Assembly: GCA_963847625.1 (NCBI GenBank)
Contig: CAWKAR010000019.1
Coordinates: forward strand, 64,001-128,000
Reading direction: 5' to 3'
DNA length: 64,000 nt
Source: a candidate division FCPU426 bacterium
Lineage (GTDB): Bacteria; Oederibacteriota; Muellerivitia; Muellerivitales; Muellerivitaceae
In this document: positions 42,115 through 51,725 of the stretch, piece after piece
How positions within the stretch are numbered: position 1 is the first letter of the stretch
Layout of the letters: each line of letters opens with the position of its first letter
Notes under the pieces: generated by a model
Told to the model about the DNA's origin: nothing
Databases searched by the model: none
Seen by the model: only the letters and a program-made list of their open reading frames with translations
Translations under genes and position numbers: made by a program

Positions 42115-44076
42115 TTACGGACTGGCCGGAAGCATTTGGAGCATCTTTTTCGCCGATTCGTTTCCGCGGTCATTTTCCAAAACCTTTTGAATGCAAAGGC
42201 GCGCCTCCCCGGAACGGCCGGTAAAGTAATACAAAACCCCCAGGTTGTTGTACAACTCGTTATAAAGGCCCTCGGAACGGCGGATAGCCTCCAGGAAAAA
42301 CACTTCCGCCGCCTGGGGGCGCTTTTCAAGCAGGAAGAAAGTCCCCATCCGGTAAAGGCCGGGGGAATAATTGACATTTTTGTAAAACCCCTCCCAAAAG
42401 GCGTCCCAGGCCGTGTGGCGGGGCAGGCGCATAAGGGCGGGGGCCTGGGCCAAGATCCCTTCGGGGATTCCGTACTCAACCATGAGCCGATTTTCATCCA
42501 GGGCCGGTACCTGGGGCGCGTAGCCTTTCCTCAAATAAATGACGGTGAATCCGTCCAGGTAAACCGGCCGCCAATCCTCGGTCTTTCGAAGGTCGGATAC
42601 CCACTGCCGGGAAACCTCGGGACTGAAGAAAAGGATGTCGGCCCCGTATTTTTCGGCCATTGAAAGCGCGCCCCCGGGGGCTTGTGAATGAATGTACTCA
42701 CTGAAAAAATCCTCGCCCATCACTTCCAGGCGGCCGTCCATGAAGACTTTTTGGGGGCCCTGCCATTCCAGCCACCCGCCGGAATTCAACGAGTTCAAGA
42801 TCCTTCCATCCAAATGGTTTTTGACCAGGAAATCCACGGCACCCAGCGGTTGGTTTTCCCCGTTCACCCCCAGCCCGAAAGTTTCCTGCCTCGCGCCATC
42901 CGTGTAGTAGGCGTTGGTGACGATCCTGAGGCACAAGCCCAGGAGCAGGGCCGCAGCCAACCAGGCCGGCAGGGGCTTGGAAAAGAGGTTATCCATGATT
43001 CCCTTCAACCTGGCCCAGCCCAAGTCCGTCCAGCAGGAAGCCGCCAAGGGCAGGCAGGCGAGCAGGAAGATCGGAACGTTGCGCGCGGCTGCCGACGAAA
43101 ACCAGAAGAAAGCCGCGGCCATGAGAAGTTCATGGGCTTTCCTGCGCCGAAGGGTTGCCAGCACTAGGATGAGCAGGAACAGACTGAAGAGTTTGTAAGC
43201 CAGGGTCGGCCCATCCGGCATGGGCTGGATCGCGGAATTTCCCCAGGGGGACATAAGCTCGACTATGTTTTTGGAAAAAGCCTCCGAGCGCATCGTATTC
43301 CAGTTCGTAAAGGGGTACGCCATTCCCCGGAAAAAATTGGGGTTCAAAAGGCTCGCCGCGAAAGACAAGCCGCTGTAAACCATTAATTTCTTGTCTAATT
43401 TGCGGCGATGGATCAATCCGGAAACGAGGAATATGACCATAACAGCCCAACCCAGGACAAAAAGCCCCTCGACGTTGGCCCACAGAACCTGGATGAGTGG
43501 GAGAAGAAAAAGCAGGCCCTTCTTCCCTTTCTCATTGCGTTCCAAAACGTACAGCATTCCCCCCAGGAAGACCCAGCTGAGGATTTCGGGCCTGACTTGG
43601 AACCGATGTTCACAGATATAAACCGCCAAAGCCAGCAAGGGAACTGTGATATAAGCGGGAGCGCCAGAGGAACGCGTTCGGATGAAGGTTATGACGAAAA
43701 CCGTGACGATCAGGGTGATGTTAAAAACCGATAGGAGGGTATAACCGCCTGCCAAATACAGAAGATAAAGCAGGACCTGGTAAAGCCAGTGGATGTCCAG
43801 GTAATCCCGGCCGGTAACGGTGTAGGTATAGGTATCCTGCGAAGGGACACAATGGTTTTGGATAATCCACTGTCCCCCTTTCAAATGGAAACCCAGATCC
43901 AGGTCCAGGATGTAGCGGGCACCCAGGAGAATGATAAAGAGGAAACAGGATAGGAGCGCCCAAAACCAGGGCTGGCGGAAAAAAGATTCTTGCTTTGAAA
44001 CTTTTAATGGATTTGAAGGAGGGCTTGGTATCACGCAAGAATTATAGCAAAAGGAACAACCGCCGAATTTCCCCAT
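42115..44076 (-). CDS. Polytopic membrane protein with C-terminal TPR (possible GT-C-fold glycosyltransferase)
   Basis: About 11 TM segments, DLGFHLKGG, RPE, WANVEG, DGRLE, terminal YNNLGVLY TPR. Confidence 0.6.
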   Translation of the reverse strand: MGKFGGCSFCYNSCVIPSPPSNPLKVSKQESFFRQPWFWALLSCFLFIILLGARYILDLDLGFHLKGGQWIIQNHCVPSQDTYTYTVTGRDYLDIHWLYQVLLYLLYLAGGYTLLSVFNITLIVTVFVITFIRTRSSGAPAYITVPLLALAVYICEHRFQVRPEILSWVFLGGMLYVLERNEKGKKGLLFLLPLIQVLWANVEGLFVLGWAVMVIFLVSGLIHRRKLDKKLMVYSGLSFAASLLNPNFFRGMAYPFTNWNTMRSEAFSKNIVELMSPWGNSAIQPMPDGPTLAYKLFSLFLLILVLATLRRRKAHELLMAAAFFWFSSAAARNVPIFLLACLPLAASCWTDLGWARLKGIMDNLFSKPLPAWLAAALLLGLCLRIVTNAYYTDGARQETFGLGVNGENQPLGAVDFLVKNHLDGRILNSLNSGGWLEWQGPQKVFMDGRLEVMGEDFFSEYIHSQAPGGALSMAEKYGADILFFSPEVSRQWVSDLRKTEDWRPVYLDGFTVIYLRKGYAPQVPALDENRLMVEYGIPEGILAQAPALMRLPRHTAWDAFWEGFYKNVNYSPGLYRMGTFFLLEKRPQAAEVFFLEAIRRSEGLYNELYNNLGVLYYFTGRSGEARLCIQKVLENDRGNESAKKMLQMLPASP

Positions 44077-44094
44077 TGGACGAAGAATAAGAAA

Positions 44095-44382
44095 TCAGGT
44101 CTTTTCCACCTCGGCCATGAGTTGGATTTGCTTAAGGACACCTGCGACTTTAACGCAATCATCCTTTGAGCCGATATAAGCCACGGATTTTCCGTTCTTG
44201 TGGGCGCTCAGGGTGATCTGGGTGGCCCTTTCCAGGGAATAGCCCGTGGCCTTTTGCACCTGGAGGATGACCTCGTCGAAGGTATGGACCGAGTCGTTGA
44301 AAAGGACCACCTGCCAGGGATTGTCCAGTTCCACCTGGGTCCCGTTCTCCTTCTCAGTTAAGGTGACATGGCCTTTTTTCAT
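44095..44382 (-). CDS. clpS: ATP-dependent Clp protease adaptor ClpS family
   Basis: WQVVLFNDSVHTFDEVI, A..ITLSAHKNGKS. Confidence 0.85.
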   Translation of the reverse strand: MKKGHVTLTEKENGTQVELDNPWQVVLFNDSVHTFDEVILQVQKATGYSLERATQITLSAHKNGKSVAYIGSKDDCVKVAGVLKQIQLMAEVEKT

Positions 44383-44462
44383 TTGTCTAAACCCCAAAGC
44401 GTTTCTCCCTGTGGAGCCGCAATTATTTCAGGCTCCCCAAAAAAATATATCTTATAAGGGAA

Positions 44463-44650
44463 TTCACACCTGTCCAAAACTATACCTAGCCACGGATATA
44501 TGGGATTCCTGGGATTTAATAAACATAAATATTTAAAGTCTTTTGACTTTGGCCATCTGAATGCATCCCCTGAATCTGTGGCTAAGAACTTGGTTTTTAC
44601 TTAACGCCTTTTACAAAAAAAATTCCTGATTTTATTTATCTTTGTTTCAG
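44463..44650. repeat. MITE-like repeat family A, copy 3 (no inserts, right end eroded)
   Basis: Same backbone as copies 1 and 2 without the mini-insertions. Confidence 0.7.
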
Positions 44651-44686
44651 GGAGTTAAGTAAGTAAATCTCTTTTATAATATTCCC

Positions 44687-45508
44687 ATGCAATGTCCTAA
44701 TTGCCATTTGGAACAGCCGGAGGGGGCCGAAACCTGCGGGGGTTGCGGTTTGATATTCGCCAAATGGAAGGAACGCCACACTCCCCAGGAGCCCGCGGCT
44801 CCCCCGGAGAGCGTGTCCTCCGAGGCCGCCGCCCCCGAACAAGCCCCCAAACCCGCGCCGGCCCCTTGGCCGCCGCCCTCGGCCGAACCGAAATATTTCG
44901 AGTTCCCTCTCAAGAAACTCGTTTTAATATTTGGGCCCTTGCTTCTGGGTTTGGCTGTCCTCATTTTCTGGCCCTCGAAGGAGGAAAAACATATCCCCGC
45001 TGCCCTTCCCCGCCCAATTATGTTATACGGAAGCGCCACGGTCTATCCGACGGACACCCCCGAACCCAACACGCCCACTCCTATTTACACCCCCATGACC
45101 ATCACAGGCCCGTCCTGGGTGTTCCACGGGAAGATCCTGGATGGCCTCCGCCTCATGCCCCTCGGTGGTGTCATAATCGTCTTTTCGAATAACGGGGTCG
45201 CGGTGACCGCCACCACCACCGCCAATGGTCTCTATCAAATATCCGTCCCCCCGCTATCCGGCATTGAGGCCTATGAGGTCCAGCTCAGCCATCCTTCTTG
45301 TAGGGAAAGCTATTGGGAAGGCGACCCATCGAACTTGTCGCAGGAAGCGCGCCTGGCCCGCGCCTACGAATACCCGGAGAACGACCATTTGCGTGGAATG
45401 GTTGGAGGCGGCGGGGACAAGGAAGTGAATTTCGCCATGTTTCCAGCGCAATTGACCGAGCAGGAAGTAATGTGGCTGCGAAACGCCCGTCCCCGCGACC
45501 AGCAATAG
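44687..45508 (+). CDS. Zinc-ribbon, TM, carboxypeptidase-regulatory-like (Ig) domain protein
   Basis: MQCPNC...CGGCG, Pro linker, TM helix, GKILD...TTTANGLY. Confidence 0.65.
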   Translation: MQCPNCHLEQPEGAETCGGCGLIFAKWKERHTPQEPAAPPESVSSEAAAPEQAPKPAPAPWPPPSAEPKYFEFPLKKLVLIFGPLLLGLAVLIFWPSKEEKHIPAALPRPIMLYGSATVYPTDTPEPNTPTPIYTPMTITGPSWVFHGKILDGLRLMPLGGVIIVFSNNGVAVTATTTANGLYQISVPPLSGIEAYEVQLSHPSCRESYWEGDPSNLSQEARLARAYEYPENDHLRGMVGGGGDKEVNFAMFPAQLTEQEVMWLRNARPRDQQ

Positions 45509-45612
45509 GTCAATGGAATAGGAATGAAGAACAAAGGGGTCCCCGGATTCAACGATTTGCGAATCGATATGAATGGCTCCCTGCCGTTTGGACGAAATAG
45601 TCCATCCTCGCT

Positions 45613-46134
45613 TTATCTTCGCCCGGAGTCATCCTTTGATTTGGATACCCTGAATTTATAAGGCCCGATGATTTCTTGAAGCATTTCCAATTTGGGTCCT
45701 TCCATCCAGATACCACCGCACTTCTCACATTGATCCAATTCCGTCTTCCCCAACTTCACGGTTTCCATCCGCTTGCCGCAAAAGGGGCAAATGAGAAATG
45801 GCGGCTTTTTGCGGGGCTCAAAAAACGGAGGCGTTTTGTGGTTACGCTCTTCCGTCCCGGTCTGTAATTCCTTCTTCCCCTGTGGCTGTAGCTTCATCAT
45901 CACTTCACGGCGGATGCCCAATCCCTCGCACTCGGCGCAATGAAGCACCTCCTGTGTGTCCAGGGCGGCGGTATAAACCGAGATTTTGCAAATGGGACAG
46001 GAAACCGTCTTCGCCGAAACACTGGCCAATCCCCCGGTTTTAGCCAATGGCAGCCTGCAAGCGGGGCAGACACGTTCCGTACCGTTCAGGGGTTGGTCGC
46101 AGCGGGGGCATTTGGCTGAAGTGGGTTCAGGCAT
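45613..46134 (-). CDS. Multi zinc-finger (zf-TFIIB-like) protein
   Basis: Six CxxC pairs incl. CPFCGKRM...LDQCEKCGGIWM. Confidence 0.75.
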   Translation of the reverse strand: MPEPTSAKCPRCDQPLNGTERVCPACRLPLAKTGGLASVSAKTVSCPICKISVYTAALDTQEVLHCAECEGLGIRREVMMKLQPQGKKELQTGTEERNHKTPPFFEPRKKPPFLICPFCGKRMETVKLGKTELDQCEKCGGIWMEGPKLEMLQEIIGPYKFRVSKSKDDSGRR

Positions 46135-46166
46135 GGAAGTAGGTTCCCCCTTGTGATTGTTCCATT

Positions 46167-46319
46167 TCACTCATGGCGTTCCAGGTGACGGTGGTCGCTG
46201 GCTTTTTCCTTGCCTGCCATCATTCGGACCCCGCCACAACGGTGGCACACGAACTTCCGTTTTTTATGGGCCGAATGGGGCATCTCCCTCATCTTGACCT
46301 TGTATTGCCTGCAGAACAC
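46167..46319 (-). CDS. Small zinc-ribbon-like protein (50 aa), paralog of 55336-55485
   Basis: Manual translation MFCRQYKVKMREMPHSAHKKRKFVCHRCGGVRMMAGKEKASDHRHLERHE; GGGGAGG RBS; GTG start. Confidence 0.65.
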   Translation of the reverse strand: MFCRQYKVKMREMPHSAHKKRKFVCHRCGGVRMMAGKEKASDHRHLERHE

Positions 46320-46544
46320 GCGGCCTCCCCGCATTGGACGAGTTTAGAGCTTGTCTCCCCAAGTGGGAATTTCTAGATTCCCACTAAGTTCCCACTTTTT
46401 CCCACTTTTGAAACCCTCTGATCCTCGTTACGGTACGAGGATCTCCCCTCCGTGGACGGCCTTTCAATGAAGAAATTATGAGAACCCGGCTCATTGACTA
46501 TCGGACGCACACGGAATAATATCCCTCAAACAAGGAGGACCCAT

Positions 46545-46865
46545 ATGCGTTGGTATCACTACGTTTCTTACTTTTTTGGCGGCGCTTTCCTCGCCAATGC
46601 GGTACCCCACTTCGTCAGCGGTATCACCGGCCACCCCTTCCAAAGCCCTTTCGCCTCCCCGCCTGGGGTGGGATTGTCCTCCTCCACCGTAAACGTGCTG
46701 TGGGGCTCCTTCAACCTCGCCGTGGCCTATTGGTTCTTGTGCCGAGTCGGGACGTTCGACCTGCGCCGGACGGTGCCTGTCCTGGTGGCGGGGCTGGGGG
46801 CGTTACTAATGGCCGTGATGCTGGCCCATGCGTTTGGCCGTTTCTACGGAGGGCTTCTCCCTTAA
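46545..46865 (+). CDS. Small conserved-looking membrane protein
   Basis: AGGAGG RBS; FFGGAFLANAVPHFVSG...FQSPFASPPG.GLSS; three TM segments. Confidence 0.75.
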   Translation: MRWYHYVSYFFGGAFLANAVPHFVSGITGHPFQSPFASPPGVGLSSSTVNVLWGSFNLAVAYWFLCRVGTFDLRRTVPVLVAGLGALLMAVMLAHAFGRFYGGLLP

Positions 46866-46968
46866 TTCGTTAAAAGTTCCCCCTTCCCACTTCTCAAGTT
46901 CCTTTTTTCCAATCCCCCTGTCACTTGCTTAAAAAATAAGGAATCAGGCACCAATATCCATTATTCCT

Positions 46969-46998
46969 TTGTCCACCTTGGGTCCCCATCGTGGACAA
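46969..46998. repeat. 30-bp site S3
   Basis: TTGTCCACCTT-GGGTCCCC-ATCGTGGACAA. Confidence 0.85.
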
Positions 46999-47007
46999 CT
47001 AAAATCT

Positions 47008-47784
47008 TTATTCTTTTGAACGCCATATACGTGCTATCAGCAATTCCATTCCCCTGATTAGCCAAAATACACAAAAAATAATTAATAAATAAACGAGAAA
47101 GATATTTGCTGAAAGAAACGGCAATCCAAGAAAACTTCCATACGCCTCAACAATATTATCGAAAGGTTTAAATTTCGGAGATTCATAAGAAGTTGCATCT
47201 TTTAATGTTTCATATTTTTCAGAACTAAAATCCTTTTTCTCACTGGCTCGAATTTCTAAATCAAGATCCTTATAAAGCCATTCACCTTTAAACCCTTTAT
47301 CTTTTCTCCAACTCCATCTGGTCCTTGATATATCGAGATAAACACCATTTTTTTCTAGTCTAAACGGACCCTTGGAATTGGGATAATGTTTGCTAAATTC
47401 TTCTTCCGTGTTATTGCTGTAATATCCCAAAGGCCCATAAAAGTATCTGGTAAAAACTTTAGGATACTTCTTTGCGCGTTCATCCGAATAATTGAGAAGA
47501 TCAAAACCTACACTTGTTTCCCCACCCTCAATACGGAAAATTAAAATCTCTTTTGATTTTTTCTTTAAGAAAACTGTTTGTATCCAATCACGTAATAAAT
47601 TATTACCATTTTTTTCAACAAGAAACGTACATGGTAGGTCGTATGACCGGCTGGGAACGGTAGCTTTTTCCAATTCACTGCGTTTATCAAAATAGTTAGT
47701 GGTATTTGTCGCAATCCATAAAACCACAAATAGAAAACTTATTAAAACAAAAGCCCTCATTGCCGTTCTGAGAAATTTCTTCAC
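47008..47784 (-). CDS. AT-rich hypothetical membrane-anchored protein
   Basis: 258-aa ORF with N- and C-terminal TM helices, GGAG RBS. Confidence 0.7.
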   Translation of the reverse strand: MKKFLRTAMRAFVLISFLFVVLWIATNTTNYFDKRSELEKATVPSRSYDLPCTFLVEKNGNNLLRDWIQTVFLKKKSKEILIFRIEGGETSVGFDLLNYSDERAKKYPKVFTRYFYGPLGYYSNNTEEEFSKHYPNSKGPFRLEKNGVYLDISRTRWSWRKDKGFKGEWLYKDLDLEIRASEKKDFSSEKYETLKDATSYESPKFKPFDNIVEAYGSFLGLPFLSANIFLVYLLIIFCVFWLIRGMELLIARIWRSKE

Positions 47785-47887
47785 AATTACATCTCCAATT
47801 CAATAAAGCCGGTTTAAACATAAATAATTATGAATACAAAAAAATGCCTTGCGGGTTTAACTCAAAATTTCGATACACAACCAACTA

Positions 47888-47917
47888 TCGTCCAATCAGG
47901 GTCCCCGTCGTGGACAA
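47888..47917. repeat. 30-bp site S4
   Basis: TCGTCCAATCA-GGGTCCCC-GTCGTGGACAA. Confidence 0.8.
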
Positions 47918-48007
47918 AGGAATAATGGTTAATGGTCTCTGCTCCACGGTGCGGAGAGTGGATCCTGACCCTGTATTTTCCGCATAGGGGCCTGCGGAAC
48001 CTAGGGG

Positions 48008-48427
48008 CTAGGTTTTCCAGGGATTGATCAGGTGGATCCCAAGCCCTTGAAAATGCCGGGTATTGCGTGTGGCTAATGTAGCTTTGCAGGCTAAAGCGAT
48101 CCCGGCGATCTGGAGATCTCGAATCTCAACCGGACGCCCTATTTTTCTTTGTTGGGCCGCGATCGAGGCGGACGCCCGGGCCGCGGCAAGGTCAAATGGA
48201 AGGACCCGGCCTTCCAAATCCTCCTCCAAAGCTTGGTTAAAAAACTCCTCCAGCTGATGCCGCCTACGCCCCCCCGCCAGGTTCTCGATGCCAAACCGTA
48301 TTTCAAATACCGTGATGGTCGTAGTCCAAACCGATTCAACGGACTGGCGATCCAACCATGAAACGATCGCAGGAACCGGTTCCCGAAGCATCAATGTGGA
48401 AAGGATATTCGTATCGAGCAGGATCAT
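48008..48427 (-). CDS. vapC: PIN-domain toxin (VapC/FitB type)
   Basis: MILLDTNILS, E, DLQIAGIA, LATRNTRHF, INPW. Confidence 0.93.
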   Translation of the reverse strand: MILLDTNILSTLMLREPVPAIVSWLDRQSVESVWTTTITVFEIRFGIENLAGGRRRHQLEEFFNQALEEDLEGRVLPFDLAAARASASIAAQQRKIGRPVEIRDLQIAGIALACKATLATRNTRHFQGLGIHLINPWKT

Positions 48428-48675
48428 GGGACCAGATCGGCGGGCTGGGCTTGTTGGCCCCCCAATTCGGGGATTTCCTGGGTCAGCCCTATCTTGGCAA
48501 ACCGCGCCTTAAACCTGGCGCCCAATGGTGTGGGGACGCGGCCCCCATCCTTCCCTACCGCGTTTCTCAAGATATCCCGCACTTCTTCCTCCGTGCTGTG
48601 CCCATTCTTCCGGGCCCTTTGGCTCAGTTTCATCTTCACGCCGTCATCTAGATTCCGAACGATAATTTGGGCCAT
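48424..48675 (-). CDS. FitA-like ribbon-helix-helix antitoxin
   Basis: MAQIIVRNLDD...RARKNGHSTEEEVRDIL; ATGA overlap with toxin. Confidence 0.9.
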   Translation of the reverse strand: MAQIIVRNLDDGVKMKLSQRARKNGHSTEEEVRDILRNAVGKDGGRVPTPLGARFKARFAKIGLTQEIPELGGQQAQPADLVP

Positions 48676-48702
48676 GGGTTCCCTCTGCGAAGTAGGGTTA
48701 AG

Positions 48703-48734
48703 TGATATGACGATATCATGATATCATGATATCA
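48703..48734. promoter_or_regulatory. Putative TA operator: four tandem TGATATCA-type palindromes
   Basis: TGATATGA CGATATCA TGATATCA TGATATCA about 30 bp upstream of the antitoxin start. Confidence 0.6.
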
Positions 48735-48815
48735 ATTATTTGTTATTCCCGCAAGGGGTCCAAAAACCCCTTCATTCTATGCCCCGAAAAGGGGCTGCCC
48801 CCTTTCCGTTTTTAC

Positions 48816-48845
48816 CTGTCCACGATGGGTCCCCGCAGTGAACAA
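48816..48845. repeat. 30-bp site S5
   Basis: CTGTCCACGAT-GGGTCCCC-GCAGTGAACAA. Confidence 0.8.
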
Positions 48846-48855
48846 CTTTCATATT

Positions 48856-50625
48856 CTACTTCGTGTGTTTTTCAATCCAATCGGTTGTATTTTCCAGCAC
48901 TTCCGGCGCAAATGTTCCAGGGTCATCAATCCATTCCTCTGGATCGCCTGTAATGGTGTTTTGGAGAACGTGACTCAACCCCGGGAAGACTTTGGAAGTA
49001 AATTCGGGATTCTTCCCTTCCTTTAAAGCTTTTTCGATGGCTGGAAAATTAACGTCGGGGGGAACCATTAAATCTTTCTCACCGCTTAAAGCTAAAACAG
49101 GACAAATAACCTGTTCCAAGGCAGGCCTTGGATCGTATTTCTCCCAATGTTTGTAATAAGAAAATGGATAAGGATATTCAGCCCATTTCGGCAGTGTGGC
49201 TTGAAGTTTTATTAATTCTTTAGATTTGTATTTCTTCGCCATTTCTTCCTGGATGAACTTTCTTATTTTGGATTTGGCTTCATCTTCGTTCTTGGAGCTG
49301 ACAACTTCATCCATAATTCGTTTATATATCCTTGTATTAAAAGCAATGAATTCGTCGCTACGCCTCTCCGTGTTCCAAAACCTTAGCCACTGAATAAGGT
49401 CTTGGCTTTTGCCATCCACACCGATTCCTCCCATCAAGACGATAAAGGCAACATCCTTTGATCGCGACGCTACCAGGGGCGCACTATAACTCCCTTCGCT
49501 TTGGCCGATCACACCGGCTTTAAGGGGATTCACTTCTTTTCGATTCTTCAAATATTCAAAACCGGCAAGGGCGTCGTCGGCAAAATCCCCAACTGTGGCC
49601 TTATCGAAATCTCCCGAGGAGCTTCCCACCCCGCGTTTGTCGTAACGCAATACCGCGATGCCATGCCGTGTCAGGTAGTCCGAAAGAACAAGGTGGCTAT
49701 GTGGCCAAATATAACCATCCCGGTTAGGTCTACCCGAACCAGTGATAAGTAATACCGCCGGGAAGGGTTCGCCATGCTTGGGAAGGGTCAGGGTTCCGGC
49801 CAAGGTGACACCGGCCTTTTCATTGGTAAAAGTAACCTCTTCTTCCCGGTAAGGGAAAGGCCTTTTGGGCTCATAATTCGCCGGCTGTTGGACCACCTTC
49901 CGGTTAAACTCCACAGTGAAATCAAAAACCTTCTTTTCCCCGGCCTTCCATTCCCAGGTTTTATCGGTCGTTTCCTTGTGGGAGAGGGTGACATAGAATC
50001 GCTCTTTCCATTTCGAACTATAAACCGTCGCGTGAAGCCCTTGGGTCTTGAGCTGTACGGTTAAGTTCCCAAACGCGCGCGAAGGCCCCAGCCATAAAGG
50101 CCCGTCGGAATGCGCCAAATCAATTTCCTCGTCCAGGGGCTGAATCTCAGGCAGGGTCCCCGGGGTTGAGTCCAACTGGTATTTACTCCCCGCCCAGTCG
50201 TCGTATAAAAAATCTAATTGCGCCGCGACACGGAGGATTTCGACCGGCCCAGTGGGGATGAGTGTGTACCGGATATGAATTCCGGATTTCAGGACCTTAA
50301 TCGAAGTTTTTAAGTTTGCCGATACATTATTCGGCAGGCTGGCCTTCACTTGGATATCGGGAGCTTTGCCGGTGATATCGAATGCTTGCCGGCCATTGAA
50401 GCACTGCCAGTCTTGAGATAAGTAAATCAATGGTTTTATATACATGACTTGCTTCATGTTTTCCAAAATGTTGATCGAGCCGTTGTCCAAAATTTGAACA
50501 TGAAGGGGCTTATCATCAACGGTCATGGCGCTGTTGACGGAATCCGCCCACATAAGGCTGGGGAAAAATAGGATTGTCCCGAAAAACAATATTAAAACGT
50601 ATGTGAATTTTTTATAACTTTTCAT
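48856..50625 (-). CDS. Secreted alpha/beta hydrolase with N-terminal beta-rich domain
   Basis: LAGTLTLP, LITGSG, RYDKRGVG, GQSEG, GEKDLMVPP, GLSHVLQ. Confidence 0.85.
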   Translation of the reverse strand: MKSYKKFTYVLILFFGTILFFPSLMWADSVNSAMTVDDKPLHVQILDNGSINILENMKQVMYIKPLIYLSQDWQCFNGRQAFDITGKAPDIQVKASLPNNVSANLKTSIKVLKSGIHIRYTLIPTGPVEILRVAAQLDFLYDDWAGSKYQLDSTPGTLPEIQPLDEEIDLAHSDGPLWLGPSRAFGNLTVQLKTQGLHATVYSSKWKERFYVTLSHKETTDKTWEWKAGEKKVFDFTVEFNRKVVQQPANYEPKRPFPYREEEVTFTNEKAGVTLAGTLTLPKHGEPFPAVLLITGSGRPNRDGYIWPHSHLVLSDYLTRHGIAVLRYDKRGVGSSSGDFDKATVGDFADDALAGFEYLKNRKEVNPLKAGVIGQSEGSYSAPLVASRSKDVAFIVLMGGIGVDGKSQDLIQWLRFWNTERRSDEFIAFNTRIYKRIMDEVVSSKNEDEAKSKIRKFIQEEMAKKYKSKELIKLQATLPKWAEYPYPFSYYKHWEKYDPRPALEQVICPVLALSGEKDLMVPPDVNFPAIEKALKEGKNPEFTSKVFPGLSHVLQNTITGDPEEWIDDPGTFAPEVLENTTDWIEKHTK

Positions 50626-50660
50626 AAAGCCACCCCTTTACTGTCAGAAATTGATTGCTT

Positions 50661-50690
50661 TTGTCCACTCCGGCTCCCCGCCGTGGACAA
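50661..50690. repeat. 30-bp site S6
   Basis: TTGTCCACTCC-GGCTCCCC-GCCGTGGACAA. Confidence 0.85.
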
Positions 50691-50709
50691 ATATTAGTAC
50701 CGGCCATTT

Positions 50710-51696
50710 TTATGGGCTGAATTTTTCCACCCGATTGTTGCCCGTATCCGAAACATAAATGTAACCAGCGCCATCCACCGCGATGAAGGTGGGAGCGTTG
50801 AAAAAACCGGGCGCGAGCCCATAGGTCCCGAATTGGGAAAGGTAGCGCCCCGAACTATCGAATACTTCCACCCGGTCATTGCCCGAATCCACCACATAGA
50901 CCTTGGCGTTGTCCGGGCTGAGGGCGACGCCGATGGGCCCGTTGAGTTGGCCGTTCCCCGCGCCTGTCCCGGTATTCCCGCCCAAATAGCCCAAGGAGAC
51001 GCCGGTGGCGCTGAAAATTTCCACACAGTTGTATCCACCGGTCGAGACGTAAAGGGTCGTGCCGGCGGAGTTCACCGCGATGTCCGGGGAGTTATAGAGG
51101 TCGCTATAGCACGACCATTGGGCCAGGTAGGTGCCCCCGCCGTTAAAGGCTTTCACCAGGTAATTGCCGGGATCCACCACATAAATGGTCGTGCCCGCCG
51201 AGTTCACCGCGATTCCCTCGGGCCCCCAATAGAACTGTCCGTTCCCGGTCCCATAAGACCCCCACTGGCCTTCAAAGGCGCCTAAGCCGCTGAAGGCCTC
51301 CACGCGATAGTTGCCGTTGTCCGCCACATAAACCGTCGTGCCGGAGGAATTCAGGGCGATGCACTGGAAACCGTTACATCCAGAAAAATTCCCGGGCCCC
51401 GACCCATAGCCGCCCCACTGGGTAAGGTAGGCACCGGAACCGTTGAGGACTTCCACCCGGCCGTTACCCTCATCCACCACGTAAAGGGTCGTGCCAGCCG
51501 AATTCACAGCGATACCCTGGGGATTGATGAACTGCCCATTGCCTGAACCCCGCGTGCCCCATTCGGCCAGATAATTGGAAGGTATGGCGGGTGTGTTGAA
51601 GGGACCTCCCGGTGACGTGTTCTTGGCGCAGGAGGAGAGTTCCAATGCCGTCCATCCCCCGCATAATAAGAGGAGCCCGGTGAATACCCGCATCAT
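50710..51696 (-). CDS. NHL-repeat beta-propeller lipoprotein
   Basis: Lipobox LSSC; six WG..G.GNGQF..P.GIAVNSAGTT.YVVD.GN.RV repeats. Confidence 0.85.
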   Translation of the reverse strand: MMRVFTGLLLLCGGWTALELSSCAKNTSPGGPFNTPAIPSNYLAEWGTRGSGNGQFINPQGIAVNSAGTTLYVVDEGNGRVEVLNGSGAYLTQWGGYGSGPGNFSGCNGFQCIALNSSGTTVYVADNGNYRVEAFSGLGAFEGQWGSYGTGNGQFYWGPEGIAVNSAGTTIYVVDPGNYLVKAFNGGGTYLAQWSCYSDLYNSPDIAVNSAGTTLYVSTGGYNCVEIFSATGVSLGYLGGNTGTGAGNGQLNGPIGVALSPDNAKVYVVDSGNDRVEVFDSSGRYLSQFGTYGLAPGFFNAPTFIAVDGAGYIYVSDTGNNRVEKFSP

Positions 51697-51725
51697 TTCA
51701 TTTCCTTTCTTGAAGTGTTCCATAT

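Noticed and set aside
45564..45595. Possible eleventh site (GGCTCCCT-GCCGTTTGGACGA) after the zinc-finger gene
   Set aside because: Right arm has extra bases and no left arm; too degenerate to call.
46360..46410. TTCCCACT repeated four times (one inverted), again near 46885
   Set aside because: Short and low-complexity; could be a binding site near the array end but unsupported.
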